In this document: one piece after another, positions 29,915 to 39,554 of the stretch
Position numbering within the stretch: the stretch's first letter is position 1
Layout of the letters: every line of letters starts with the position of its first letter
From: Phycisphaerae bacterium
GTDB lineage: Bacteria > Planctomycetota > Phycisphaerae > SM23-33
Length of the DNA: 64,000 nt
Assembly: GCA_018335035.1 (NCBI GenBank)
Contig: JAGXKT010000010.1
Span: 28-64,027, forward strand
Reading direction: 5' to 3'
Translations under genes and position numbers: made by a program
Notes under the pieces: generated by a model
The model's database searches: none
Told to the model about the DNA's origin: nothing
What the model saw: the letters and a program-made list of their open reading frames with translations, nothing else

Positions 29915-31252
29915 ATGAGCTTGCCGATCGTCACCATCGTGGGCCGGCCCAACGTGGGCAAGAGTTCCCTGTTCAACCGCCTCGCGGGCCGGCGGATCGC
30001 GATTGTCGACCCCACGCCGGGCGTGACGCGCGATCGTGTGTCCTTTCCGCTGGCGCTCGATGACCGCGAGGACGGCCGCTACGCGGAGCTGGTGGACACC
30101 GGCGGCATGGGCATCGAGGACAGCGACGACCTGACAGCCGAGGTCGAGGACCAGATCGCCTATGCCCTCTCGGCCGCGTCGCTGATCGTGTTCGTCGTCG
30201 ACGCGCGCGAGGGCATCCTGCCGCTGGACCGCACCGTGGCGCGCCGTCTGCGGCGGCAGGACACGCCCGTGCTGCTTGTCGCCAACAAGGTCGATCACCC
30301 CGACCAGATCAGCGAACTGTACGAGATGTCGGAGCTGGGCTTTGGCGAGGCGCTGGGCGTTTCGGCCGCTCACGGACTCGGCGCCGACGACTTGCTTGAC
30401 GCTATCCGCTCGCACCTCGGCGACGCGGGCGAGCGGCCCGACGAGGCCGTCATGAAGCTCGCCGTCGTCGGCAAGCGCAACGCCGGCAAGAGCACGTTGA
30501 TTAACGCCCTAGCCGGCGGCCCGCGGGTGATCGTCTCCGAGACGCCCGGAACCACGCGCGACAGCGTGGACGTCACCGTCGAGAGCGACGACCAGCGCAT
30601 CACGCTGATCGACACGGCCGGCGTTCGCAAGAAGAAGAAGCTCGCCGGCGACGTCGAGTTCTACAGCTACAGCCGGGCCATGCAATCGATCCGCCGCGCC
30701 GACGTGGTGGCACTGATGATCGACGCGGCCGTTCCGGTCTCCCAAGTGGACAAGAAGCTCGCGGCAGAGATCGCCAAACAGGAACGTCCCGTGGCGTTCG
30801 TGGTCAACAAGTGGGACCTAGCCGGCCAGAGCGCCACCGGGGAGGACTATGCCGAGTACCTCGCCAAGACGTTTCCGTCGCTGTCGTTCGCACCCGTGTC
30901 GCTGACCCAAGCCGACGCCGGCGTCAACGTTCGCGAGACGATACACCTAACGCGCCAGCTCTACGACCAGGCGCGGACGCGCGTGGGCACCGGGCGGCTC
31001 AACGCGGCGCTGGAGGACATTCTTGCCCAGCGCGGGCCCAGCCACAAGCGCGGCACGCGCCCGCCGAAGCTCTACTACGCCGCGCAGGTCGCCACCGCCC
31101 CACCGACGATCGTCTGCTTCGTCAACGACGTCCGCAGCTTCGACGAGGGCTACCGGCGATTCCTGCTCAACCAGCTCCGAGAGCATCTGCCCTTCGCGGA
31201 AGTGCCCATTCGCCTGCTGTTCCGCCCCCGACGCAACGACGACGCCAGGTAA
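29915..31252 (+). CDS. der: Ribosome-biogenesis GTPase Der (EngA), two GTP-binding domains
   Basis: IVGRPNVGKSSLFNRL (G1 of domain 1) and VVGKRNAGKSTLINAL (G1 of domain 2). Confidence 0.9.
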   Translation: MSLPIVTIVGRPNVGKSSLFNRLAGRRIAIVDPTPGVTRDRVSFPLALDDREDGRYAELVDTGGMGIEDSDDLTAEVEDQIAYALSAASLIVFVVDAREGILPLDRTVARRLRRQDTPVLLVANKVDHPDQISELYEMSELGFGEALGVSAAHGLGADDLLDAIRSHLGDAGERPDEAVMKLAVVGKRNAGKSTLINALAGGPRVIVSETPGTTRDSVDVTVESDDQRITLIDTAGVRKKKKLAGDVEFYSYSRAMQSIRRADVVALMIDAAVPVSQVDKKLAAEIAKQERPVAFVVNKWDLAGQSATGEDYAEYLAKTFPSLSFAPVSLTQADAGVNVRETIHLTRQLYDQARTRVGTGRLNAALEDILAQRGPSHKRGTRPPKLYYAAQVATAPPTIVCFVNDVRSFDEGYRRFLLNQLREHLPFAEVPIRLLFRPRRNDDAR

Positions 31253-31442
31253 GTGCGGCGGGCCCCAGACGCTGGCGCGACTCGCACGAGGTCTTCGACG
31301 TCCGCCCCGTGTGGGGCATGGGACCATGCGGGTCTGCGACATCTCGCCCGCGTTGGTCCGCCGCCTTGTCCCACGCCGGTTCGGGCGATAGACTTGCTGC
31401 TGTCAGGAGTTCGCAGACGATTTCAACCCAAGGAGCCGCCGC

Positions 31443-32348
31443 ATGAGCTTGCTGGTCACCGGAAGCATCGGAATCGACACCGTCGAAGCGCCCACCGGCA
31501 CCACCGAAAACGCCCTGGGCGGATCGAGCGTCTACTTCGCCTACGCGGCGAGTTTCTTCACGCCCGTCCGCCTGGTCGGCGTCGTCGGCGACGACTGCCC
31601 GGACGGCTTCCTTCGCCCGCTCGAGCAGCGGGGCAACATCGACCTGGCCGGGCTGGAGGTCCGCACCGGCAGCAAAACCTTTCGCTGGCACGGACGCTAC
31701 CACGAGGACGTCAACGAGCGAGACACCATCGCCGTGGACCTGAACGTTCTGGAGGAAGCCGGGCCGACAATTCCCGACGCCTTCGGCGACAGCGAGTACG
31801 TCTTCCTGGCCAATACGCACCCCGCCCTGCAGCTGGAATTGCTCAGTCAGCTCACCGCCCCCAAGCTCGTCGTCGCTGACACCATGGACCTGTGGATCAA
31901 GACCGAGCACGACGCACTGAACGAGCTGCTTGGCAAGATCGACGGCTTCGTTCTCAACGACGGGGAGGCCAAGCTTCTGACTGAGAAGCACAACGTTGTC
32001 GATGCCGGGCTCGAAATCGCCAGAAGCGTCCGGGGCTTCGTCGTCGTCAAGAAGGGCGAGCACGGAAGCATCCTCTTCATGGACGACCGCGCCTGGCCCC
32101 TGCCGGGCTATCCCTCCTGCAAAGTCGTCGACCCGACCGGCGCGGGCGACACCTTCGCCGGGGCCATGATGGGACACCTCGCCGCGACGGACAAGACCGA
32201 CGCTGCGGCCGTGCGCTCGGCAATCGCCTACGGCGCCGTTACCGCCGGCATCGAGCTGGAGGACTTCTCGCTCAATCGCCTGCTGACCGTCAGCCGCGAT
32301 GAGATCGACGCGCGGCTGGATGAGTTTCGCGAAATCTCCCGGTTCTAG
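31443..32348 (+). CDS. PfkB-family carbohydrate kinase (ribokinase-like)
   Basis: DPTGAGDTFAGAMMGHL is the PfkB C-terminal signature. AAGGAG 8 nt upstream of the ATG. Confidence 0.75.
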   Translation: MSLLVTGSIGIDTVEAPTGTTENALGGSSVYFAYAASFFTPVRLVGVVGDDCPDGFLRPLEQRGNIDLAGLEVRTGSKTFRWHGRYHEDVNERDTIAVDLNVLEEAGPTIPDAFGDSEYVFLANTHPALQLELLSQLTAPKLVVADTMDLWIKTEHDALNELLGKIDGFVLNDGEAKLLTEKHNVVDAGLEIARSVRGFVVVKKGEHGSILFMDDRAWPLPGYPSCKVVDPTGAGDTFAGAMMGHLAATDKTDAAAVRSAIAYGAVTAGIELEDFSLNRLLTVSRDEIDARLDEFREISRF

Positions 32349-32355
32349 CGATGAC

Positions 32356-32919
32356 ATGCGGACTTTCCTGGCCCTGGACATTGACGCCGAAACCCGCAAA
32401 GCGCTGGCGTCGCTGCCGGGCAACGTGCCCGCTGCCGGCGCCAAGATCCGCTGGACCGAGCCGGAGAACCTGCACGTGACGCTGCACTTCCTCGGCGAGG
32501 TCGACGCCGAGCGGCTCACCGAGGTGTGCGAGACAGCCGTCGCCGGAGCCGGGGAGGTCGAACCGTTCGACTTCGCCGTCGAAGGCGCGCTGTGCGTCCC
32601 CTCGGGCGGACGCAAGCTGCGCATGATCTGGGCGGGCGTCGTCGAGCCGACCGGGCGCCTGGCCGCGCTGCACACGACGCTGGGGACCGCGCTGGAAGGA
32701 TTGGGCTTCCGTCAGGAGCGGCGGGCCTTTCGGCCGCACATCACCCTGGCACGCCTCAAGTATGCCAACCGTGTCGAGCCAATCCGCCGCGCCGTCGCCG
32801 GGTACAGCGAGACCCGATTCGGCACGCCGCGGGCCGACGCCGCGACGATCTACACCAGCGAGTTGACGCCGCGCGGGGCCGTCTACACGCCCGCAGCGCG
32901 GGTGCCGCTCGGGGTGTAA
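32356..32919 (+). CDS. thpR: RNA 2',3'-cyclic phosphodiesterase (2H family, ThpR/LigT)
   Basis: Two H-x-T-x motifs: HVTLHFLGE and HITLARL. Start set at the internal ATG MRTFLALDID. Confidence 0.75.
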   Translation: MRTFLALDIDAETRKALASLPGNVPAAGAKIRWTEPENLHVTLHFLGEVDAERLTEVCETAVAGAGEVEPFDFAVEGALCVPSGGRKLRMIWAGVVEPTGRLAALHTTLGTALEGLGFRQERRAFRPHITLARLKYANRVEPIRRAVAGYSETRFGTPRADAATIYTSELTPRGAVYTPAARVPLGV

Positions 32920-32971
32920 GCCCCCCGGACAAAGACGTAACCGCCTTTGAAATAGCTTTTTACGAGAAAAG

Positions 32972-32993
32972 TTGCCCGCCCGCGGGTTTTTTT
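32972..32993 (+). terminator. Putative intrinsic terminator after thpR: short GC stem (cccg-cccg-cggg) followed by T7
   Basis: gttgcccgcccgcggg + ttttttt. A 7-T run is conspicuous in ~70% GC DNA. An AAAA run upstream makes it potentially bidirectional. Confidence 0.4.
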
Positions 32994-33154
32994 CAGCCGG
33001 CGCCTTGCGGCGTGCGAACAAATTCCGTACATTAGGTGGCATCGTCATGGGGTGTGGCCCTCGCGGCAAGCGGCGCACTTGACCCGCCGCGGCGACCTCG
33101 GTGAAATGGCCACGGGACGATTCCAAGGCCGATCCGGATAGGAGAACCCAGACC

Positions 33155-34225
33155 ATGGCCAAATCAACAGCGACCAGCACGCCGGCGTCCGACACAGCCG
33201 GCGGGGACGACAAGCGCCACAAGGCCCTCAAGGCGGCCGTGGCGCAAATCGAGAAGAACTACGGCAAGGGCAGCATCATGCGCCTGGCCGACAGCGAGGT
33301 CGCCAACGTGCCGGGCATTGCCACCGGTGCGCTGTCGTTGGACATCGCCCTCGGCGGGCGGGGCATTCCCCGCGGGCGGATCTGCGAATTGTACGGGCCT
33401 GAGGGCTCGGGCAAAACGACGTTGGCGCTGCACGTGGTCGCCAACGCCCAGAAAGCCGGCGGCGTGGCGGCGTTCATCGACGCCGAGCACGGACTGGACC
33501 CGAGCTGGGCGCGGAAGCTCGGGGTCAACCTCGAGGACCTTCTGATCAGCCAACCGAGCACCGGCGAGGAGGCGCTGGAGATCTGCGAGATGCTCATCCG
33601 CTCCAACGCCGTGGACGTGATCGTCGTCGACTCGGTCGCGGCGTTGATCCCCAAGGCCGAGATCGAGGGCGAGATGGGTCAGCAGCAGGTGGGCCTCCAG
33701 GCCCGGTTGATGAGCCAGGCGATGCGCAAGCTCGTCGGCGCGATCGCCAAGTCGCGCACGAGCGTGATCTTCATCAACCAGATCCGCATGAAGATCGGCG
33801 TGATGTTCGGCAACCCGGAGACGACACCGGGCGGGCGGGCGCTGAAGTTCTACAGTTCCGTCCGCATCGACATCCGGCGGATCAGCAGCATCAAGGCCGG
33901 CGACGAGGTCGTCGGCAACCACGTCCGCGCCCGCGTGGTCAAGAACAAGGTCGCCCCGCCCTTCCGCCGCGCGGAGTTCGACATCCTCTTCAACCAGGGC
34001 ATCAGCGCCGAAGGCGACCTTCTGGACCTCGCCGTCGCCCACGACGTCGTCGCCAAGCAGGGCGCCTGGTTCAGCTACGGCGAAACGCGCCTCGGGCAAG
34101 GCCGGGCCAACGCCGCAAGCTTCCTGCGCGAGAACACCGACCTGCTGGAGGAGGTCAAGCAGGCCGTGCTCGACGCCGCCCTGCCCAAACCGCCCGCCGA
34201 TGACGAAGACGAAAGCGAGACGTAA
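33155..34225 (+). CDS. recA: Recombinase RecA
   Basis: [15 protein letters not shown] (Walker A) and canonical RecA blocks. AGGAGA 10 nt upstream of the ATG. The first 18 codons of the track ORF are removed. Confidence 0.95.
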   Translation: MAKSTATSTPASDTAGGDDKRHKALKAAVAQIEKNYGKGSIMRLADSEVANVPGIATGALSLDIALGGRGIPRGRICELYGPEGSGKTTLALHVVANAQKAGGVAAFIDAEHGLDPSWARKLGVNLEDLLISQPSTGEEALEICEMLIRSNAVDVIVVDSVAALIPKAEIEGEMGQQQVGLQARLMSQAMRKLVGAIAKSRTSVIFINQIRMKIGVMFGNPETTPGGRALKFYSSVRIDIRRISSIKAGDEVVGNHVRARVVKNKVAPPFRRAEFDILFNQGISAEGDLLDLAVAHDVVAKQGAWFSYGETRLGQGRANAASFLRENTDLLEEVKQAVLDAALPKPPADDEDESET

Positions 34226-34314
34226 GCGCTCCTTCCGCACGGGGCCGCAGGCCCGTCGCGTTGACATTGCACCGTCTTGGCTTCGGGCCTAGCATAGCGC
34301 GTCAGGAGACGCCC

Positions 34315-35595
34315 ATGGACTTGCAGGTCAACCCGTCGCCGCATCTGCATGGCGAGGTCGCGATCCCGCCGAACAAGAGCCATTCCTTCCGCGCCCTGCT
34401 GATGGCCGCCCTGGCCGAGGGGACCAGCCGGATTCACGGACCGGCCGTGTCCAACGACTGGATGCGCGGCGTCGAGGCGCTGGAGATGTTCGGCGCGACG
34501 ATCACGCCGCGCGCCGATCGCTACTGGGAGGTCGTCGGCACCGGCGGCGAGTTGACCACACCCGACGACGTGATCGACTGCGGCAACAGCGGGATCATCC
34601 TGCGGTTTTTCACCGCCCTGGCCGCCTGCTGCGGCGGCTACAGTGTCCTCAGCGGCGATGACTCCATCCGCCACATCCGCCCCTGCGGCGCGCTGCTGGG
34701 GGCCCTCAACGACCTCGGCGCCTGGGGCGTGTCCACCAAGGGCGACGGGCACGCGCCGGTCGTTGTCCGCGGGCCGCTCAAGGGCGGACGGACCGAGATC
34801 GATGGCAGCGACTCCCAACCGGTCTCGGCGCTGCTGATCGCCTCGTCCCTCGGCGACGCGCCGACGGAATTGACCGTCCGCAACCCCGGCGAGAAGCCCT
34901 GGGTCGGCGTCACGCTTGACTGGCTCGGCCGCTGCGGCGTCGATTACGCAAACGAGGACTTCCAGCGCTATCGCGTCCGCGGCAACAGCCGCTGGAGCGG
35001 CTTCGAGGCCGAGATCCCCCTGGACTGGTCGGCGGCGCTGTACCCGATCGTTGCGGCCGTTCTGACCGACAACAGCGAGCTGACGCTGCGAGGCATGGAC
35101 CTTAACGACTCGCAGGGGGACAAGGCGGTCGTGGATGTGCTGCGGCGGATGGGCGCCGACATCGCGGTCGACGAGCAGACCGTCACGGCGCGGTCCAGCG
35201 AACTGACCGGCTGCGAGATAGACTGCAACGACTTCATCGACCAGTTCATGCTGCTGGCCGTCGTCGGCGCCTGCGCCGCCGGCGAAACGCGCCTGGTCAA
35301 CGCCGAAATTTGCCGCCACAAAGAGTGCGACCGCATCACGGCGATGCGCCATATGCTCGAGCAGTTGGGCGCCGACGTCGAGGAAAGACCCGACGGACTG
35401 ACGGTCCGCCGAAGCACCCTGCGCGGCGCACGGATCGATAGCCGACGCGATCACCGCATGGTGATGACGGCCACCGTCGCCGGCCTGGTCGCCAGCGGGA
35501 CGACCGTCATCCAGGACATCGAGTGCGTCAAGAAGACCTTCCCGGAGTTCGTCAAGCAGATGCAGCACGTCGGAGCGGACCTCGAAACCGACTGA
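34315..35595 (+). CDS. aroA: 3-phosphoshikimate 1-carboxyvinyltransferase (EPSP synthase)
   Basis: NKSHSFRALLMAAL...IDCGNSGIILRFF...RPCGALLGAL are EPSPS blocks. AGGAGA 6 nt upstream of the ATG. The track start is TTG. Confidence 0.9.
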   Translation: MDLQVNPSPHLHGEVAIPPNKSHSFRALLMAALAEGTSRIHGPAVSNDWMRGVEALEMFGATITPRADRYWEVVGTGGELTTPDDVIDCGNSGIILRFFTALAACCGGYSVLSGDDSIRHIRPCGALLGALNDLGAWGVSTKGDGHAPVVVRGPLKGGRTEIDGSDSQPVSALLIASSLGDAPTELTVRNPGEKPWVGVTLDWLGRCGVDYANEDFQRYRVRGNSRWSGFEAEIPLDWSAALYPIVAAVLTDNSELTLRGMDLNDSQGDKAVVDVLRRMGADIAVDEQTVTARSSELTGCEIDCNDFIDQFMLLAVVGACAAGETRLVNAEICRHKECDRITAMRHMLEQLGADVEERPDGLTVRRSTLRGARIDSRRDHRMVMTATVAGLVASGTTVIQDIECVKKTFPEFVKQMQHVGADLETD

Positions 35596-35629
35596 CGCCG
35601 CCGGCGCGCCAACGAAAGCTGCTGGCGCC

Positions 35630-35661
35630 GGTTCCTTGCGGCCGCACGCGGCCGTATAATA
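35630..35661 (+). promoter_or_regulatory. Possible promoter for aroK-aroC: perfect TATAAT at 35655-35660, preceded by a CGGCCG-cac-gCGGCCG hairpin. -35 element weak
   Basis: A perfect TATAAT hexamer is rare in this GC-rich DNA. Found in the 130-bp aroA/aroK-aroC gap. Confidence 0.2.
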
Positions 35662-35725
35662 CCGCCCGAACCCCCCAACCCGCCGGGCGACGGCTCGGCA
35701 CGACCACGCACACGGCGATACGCAC

Positions 35726-37321
35726 ATGAAGATCGTTCTGACGGGACCGAAGGGATCAGGCAAGAGCACCGTCGGCCGCATTCTCGCCGAGCAGCTCGGC
35801 ATTGCTCACGTCGATACGGACGAGTTGCTGACCGCCGCCTGCGAGGCCGAGACGGGCCGGCGCCTGACCTGTCGCGAGATCTGCCGCGAAGAAGGCGAGC
35901 CGGCCTTTCGCGCCCGGGAGGCCCGTGCCGTAGCCCAGGCCGCCGAGCGGCGCTACTGCATCGTCTCGACAGGTGGCTCGTCCCTGCTCGACCCGGATAA
36001 CCGCCGACGCCTGCGCCACGAGGCAGTGCTGGTCTATCTCCGGCTCGACGCCGAGGCGTGTTGGCAGCGCGTCTCTGCCGACGGTGTGCCGGCGTTCCTC
36101 ACGAGCGACCAGCCGAAGCGCGAGTTCGTCGACCGCGTCGCCCGCCTGGACGACGTCATCACCCCCTACGCCGACGCCGTCGTCGCCGTAGAGGCCGATG
36201 AGCCGCCCGAGCAGGTCGCCCGGCGCGTCCGCGAGCGCGTCGAGGAGGAGCTGACGCTCGCGGCCGGGCGCTTCAGCACGCTCGGGTTGGTTCTGCAGGT
36301 CCACACGTTCGGCGAGAGCCACGGTCCGGCCATCGGGGCAGTCCTCGACGGCGTGCCGCCCGGCGTGCCCCTCAGCGAGGCGGATATTCAGACCGACCTC
36401 GACCGCCGCCGCCCCGGTCAGAGCGCGGTCTCGACACCGCGGTCCGAGGCGGACCGGGTGCGGATCCTCTCGGGCGTGCTCGAGGGGGCGACCACCGGCG
36501 CGCCGATCGCGATGGTCATCGAGAACACACGACAGCGCTCTGGGGACTACGAGGCCCTGCGCGATGTGTTCCGCCCCGGGCACGCGGACTTCACGTTCTG
36601 GGCGAAGTACGGCCGGCGGGACCACCGCGGCGGCGGGCGCAGCAGCGGGCGCGAGACGGCCGCTCGCGTCGCGGGCGGGGCGGTGGCCAAGAAGATCCTC
36701 GCCGAGCGCGGCATCGAGATTCGCGCCCACGCCGTCGAGATCGGCGGCGTCCGCGCCAAGACCGTCGACTATGACGTTGTCGAGCAGAATCCCGTGCGTT
36801 GCGCGGACGCGCAAGCGGCCGAGGCGATGGAGGCCGCCATCCGCGACGCACGCGAGGCCGGCGACTCAGTCGGCGGAGTCATCGAGGTCGAAATCGCCGG
36901 CGTCCCTGCCGGTCTGGGGGACCCGGTCTTCGCCAAGCTCGACGCCCGCCTGGGCGCCGCGTTGCTGTCGGTCGGCGCGGTCAAGGGCGTGGAGTTCGGC
37001 GCCGGCTTCGCCGCGGCGCGGCAGCGCGGCAGCGAGCACAACGACCCGATGTGCGACGGGCGCTTCGTCACCAACCGCGCCGGCGGCATCGCCGGCGGCA
37101 TCAGCACCGGCGAGCCCATCGTGGTCCGCGTGGCGGTCAAGCCGACGGCCTCGATCTCCCGACCGCAGCAGACCTGCGACGTGCACGGCCGCAACCGCGA
37201 AATCGAAATCCAAGGCCGCCACGATCCCTGCATCGTGCCGCGCGCCGTGCCTGTGATGGAGGCAATGGCCGCGATGGTCGTGCTCGACAGCTTGTTGATC
37301 CAGCAGCGCCTTGGCGGCTAA
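35726..37321 (+). CDS. Bifunctional shikimate kinase (N-terminal ~175 aa) / chorismate synthase (C-terminal) fusion protein
   Basis: N-terminus: MKIVLTGPKGSGKSTVGRILAEQLG (AroK P-loop). C-terminus: RFSTLGLVLQVHTFGESHGPAIGAVLDGVPPG...GRSSGRETAARVAGGAVAKK (AroC). One continuous 531-aa ORF. Confidence 0.85.
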   Translation: MKIVLTGPKGSGKSTVGRILAEQLGIAHVDTDELLTAACEAETGRRLTCREICREEGEPAFRAREARAVAQAAERRYCIVSTGGSSLLDPDNRRRLRHEAVLVYLRLDAEACWQRVSADGVPAFLTSDQPKREFVDRVARLDDVITPYADAVVAVEADEPPEQVARRVRERVEEELTLAAGRFSTLGLVLQVHTFGESHGPAIGAVLDGVPPGVPLSEADIQTDLDRRRPGQSAVSTPRSEADRVRILSGVLEGATTGAPIAMVIENTRQRSGDYEALRDVFRPGHADFTFWAKYGRRDHRGGGRSSGRETAARVAGGAVAKKILAERGIEIRAHAVEIGGVRAKTVDYDVVEQNPVRCADAQAAEAMEAAIRDAREAGDSVGGVIEVEIAGVPAGLGDPVFAKLDARLGAALLSVGAVKGVEFGAGFAAARQRGSEHNDPMCDGRFVTNRAGGIAGGISTGEPIVVRVAVKPTASISRPQQTCDVHGRNREIEIQGRHDPCIVPRAVPVMEAMAAMVVLDSLLIQQRLGG

Positions 37322-37507
37322 GCGGCGTCGCCGGCCCTGCGTCAATGCGGCCGGGCCCGCGACAAGGGCCCGTATACGAAGTAGGCGGCACCGAACGCTG
37401 AGCTGAAACGGCACGCGGCGGTGGGCGCATCTCGCGCTGGCCGCCGCGGACGTGTTACGCTAGCATTTCACGCCTGCCCCGGGCTCTACACGCAGAAAGC
37501 TTCCAAC

Positions 37508-37936
37508 ATGAGAATCGCCATTGCATCCGACCACGCCGGGTTCGACTACAAGGAGCGAATTAAGCGGCATCTCAGCGCGGCCGGGCATGAGGTCACGGAC
37601 TTCGGCACGGACTCCGACGCGGCGTGCGATTACCCGAAATTCATCCGACCGGCCGCGGAGGCGGTGGCGCGCGGCGACTGCGAGCGCGGCATCGTCCTCG
37701 GCGGCTCGGGCAACGGCGAGGCCATCGTCGCCAATCGCATTCCCGGCCTCCGTTGCGGGGTCTGCTGGGACGCGGAATCGGCCCGTCTGGCCCGGCGGCA
37801 CAATGACGCCAACGTGATCTCCTTCGGCCAGCGGATGATCGCTTTCGAGACCGCCCTGCAGATCGTGGACATCTTCCTCTCCGAGCCCTTCGACGCCGGC
37901 CGACACGCCCGCCGCATCGCGCAGATTGATACGTAA
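37508..37936 (+). CDS. rpiB: Ribose-5-phosphate isomerase B (RpiB/LacA/LacB family)
   Basis: MRIAIASDHAGF...GIVLGGSGNGEAIVANR. Start set at the internal ATG. Confidence 0.8.
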   Translation: MRIAIASDHAGFDYKERIKRHLSAAGHEVTDFGTDSDAACDYPKFIRPAAEAVARGDCERGIVLGGSGNGEAIVANRIPGLRCGVCWDAESARLARRHNDANVISFGQRMIAFETALQIVDIFLSEPFDAGRHARRIAQIDT

Positions 37937-37966
37937 GGAGCCGCAGGGATGCAGCAGACGGGGCCC

Positions 37967-38874
37967 TCAGCGGTACTGAACGAGTATCTTCAGCGGCCGC
38001 AGCAGATTCCCCTCCGTGAGCTTGGCCACGCCGACCAGGGCGCCGTCGACGTCTACCACGAGAACCTCCGCGTCGCCCGGGACGTCGCCCGCGCCAGTGT
38101 CCGCGGGCATCGCCACGCGCTGCCCCATCGCCAGGCGCCGTACCTGTTCGGCATCCGCCGCAAAGCGCGGCAGGTCCGCTGCCGCTTCCAGCGGATCGCG
38201 CAGGTCGCGGGGCAGGTCCAGCGCGTCCGGCGCAGCGGCGTCGTCGGCCGTGAATGCGCCGACGGCAGTCCGGCGCAGTCGTGAGCAGTACCCACCGGTT
38301 GCCAGGGCCGCGCCGATGTCCCGCGCCAGCGCGCGGACGTACGTGCCCGTCCCGCAGCGTACGTCGATCTCCAGCTCCGGCCAGTCGTAGCGAATCACGT
38401 CGATTCCGTGGATCGTCACGCGTCGCGGCTGCAGCGGCGGCGCCTTGCCCCGACGCGCCAGGCGGTAGGCGCGGTGCCCGTCGACGTGCACGGCCGAGTG
38501 GACCGGCGGCGCCTGGTCGATCGCGCCGACGAACCGCCCCACGGTCTGACGTACGGCGTGGGCACCAGGCGGCGTCGTGTCGGTTCGGGCGACAATGTCG
38601 CCTTCCGGATCGTCCGTCGTGCTCGTCGCTGCGAGGCGTACGACGGCGCGGTATCGCTTCGGCGCGCGCTGGACGTACTCGGCCAGGCGGGTCGCCGGGC
38701 CCACGCACAGCACGAGCACACCCGAAGCAAACGGGTCAAGCGTGCCGGCGTGCCCGACGCGCGTGCCCCGCGGCAGGCGACGGCGGACGCCGGCGACGAT
38801 GTCGTGGCTCGTGGGCCCCGGCGGCTTGTCCACGTTCAGCAGCCCGAACAGCAGCGGTCGTCGCATCTGTGCCA
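37967..38874 (-). CDS. truB: tRNA pseudouridine(55) synthase
   Basis: LLNVDKPPGPTSHDIV and GHAGTLDPFASGVLVL (catalytic Asp). Start trimmed to MAQMRRP, 302 aa. Confidence 0.85.
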
Positions 38875-39020
38875 TGGGCCTACTGTACCGCCGCGTCGCC
38901 GGCCGTACCATGGCAGCCGCATGCCCGTTCGACCCCACGCGACTCATGCCCGCCGCCCGAAAACGCCGATAGGTCCGGTGGACAAGAACGCCCAATCGCA
39001 GCCGTAAGGAAAGACACCCC

Positions 39021-39554
39021 ATGCCGCACACGCACGCCCCCGTCGTCACGCCAGCCGACGCATCCGTCAGGCGATGGTTCACGCCGCAACAGGCCGACCG
39101 CGCGTTGGTGCTCGTGCGGCGTGTCCTGGCCGATATCGTTACACTGTACCGCCGCCTGCTCGATCTCCAGGAGGCGGTCGAGGCGACGGAGGGTGCGGCG
39201 GGCGGATCGGCGGCCGCCGCACGCGAAGAACTGATCGATACGGCAGAGCGGCTGCACGGCTGCCTGGCCGAACTTGACGAGATCGGCGTGGAGCTGAAGG
39301 ATTGGGACCGCGGCGTGGTGGACTTCCCCTGCCGCGCCGGCGGACGCGAGGTGCGCCTCTGCTGGCGCCGCGGCGAGCCGAGTGTCGCCCATTGGCACGA
39401 CGTACACCCCGATAGCGGCACCTACGGACGGAACTGCGCCGACGACCGCCACCCGCTGCGAACCCTGCCGAGCCATCAGCCCGCGGACGTGCCGACTCGC
39501 CGCCGGCCCGCTCAGTCCGGCGCCTGCCAGGCGGGCGGATCGGCAAGTTTGTAG
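39021..39554 (+). CDS. DUF2203-family protein
   Basis: RWFTPQQADRALVLVRRVLADIV...GVELKDWDRGVVDFP...GREVRLCWRRGEPSVAHWH pattern. AAGGAAAG upstream. The 3' end overlaps the convergent larA-like gene by 43 bp. Confidence 0.55.
   Translation: MPHTHAPVVTPADASVRRWFTPQQADRALVLVRRVLADIVTLYRRLLDLQEAVEATEGAAGGSAAAAREELIDTAERLHGCLAELDEIGVELKDWDRGVVDFPCRAGGREVRLCWRRGEPSVAHWHDVHPDSGTYGRNCADDRHPLRTLPSHQPADVPTRRRPAQSGACQAGGSASL

Noticed and set aside
33015-33030. LexA/Cheo-box-like sequence cgaacaaattccgtac upstream of recA
   Set aside because: It does not form the GAAC-N4-GTTC palindrome (the right half is CGTAC), and I know no planctomycete SOS-box consensus to compare it with. Left as unproven.
34261-34295. 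Perfect TTGACA at 34261 upstream of aroA
   Set aside because: The nearest -10-like hexamer (TAGCAT) is 23 bp away, so spacing is wrong for a sigma-70 promoter. The call is not supportable.
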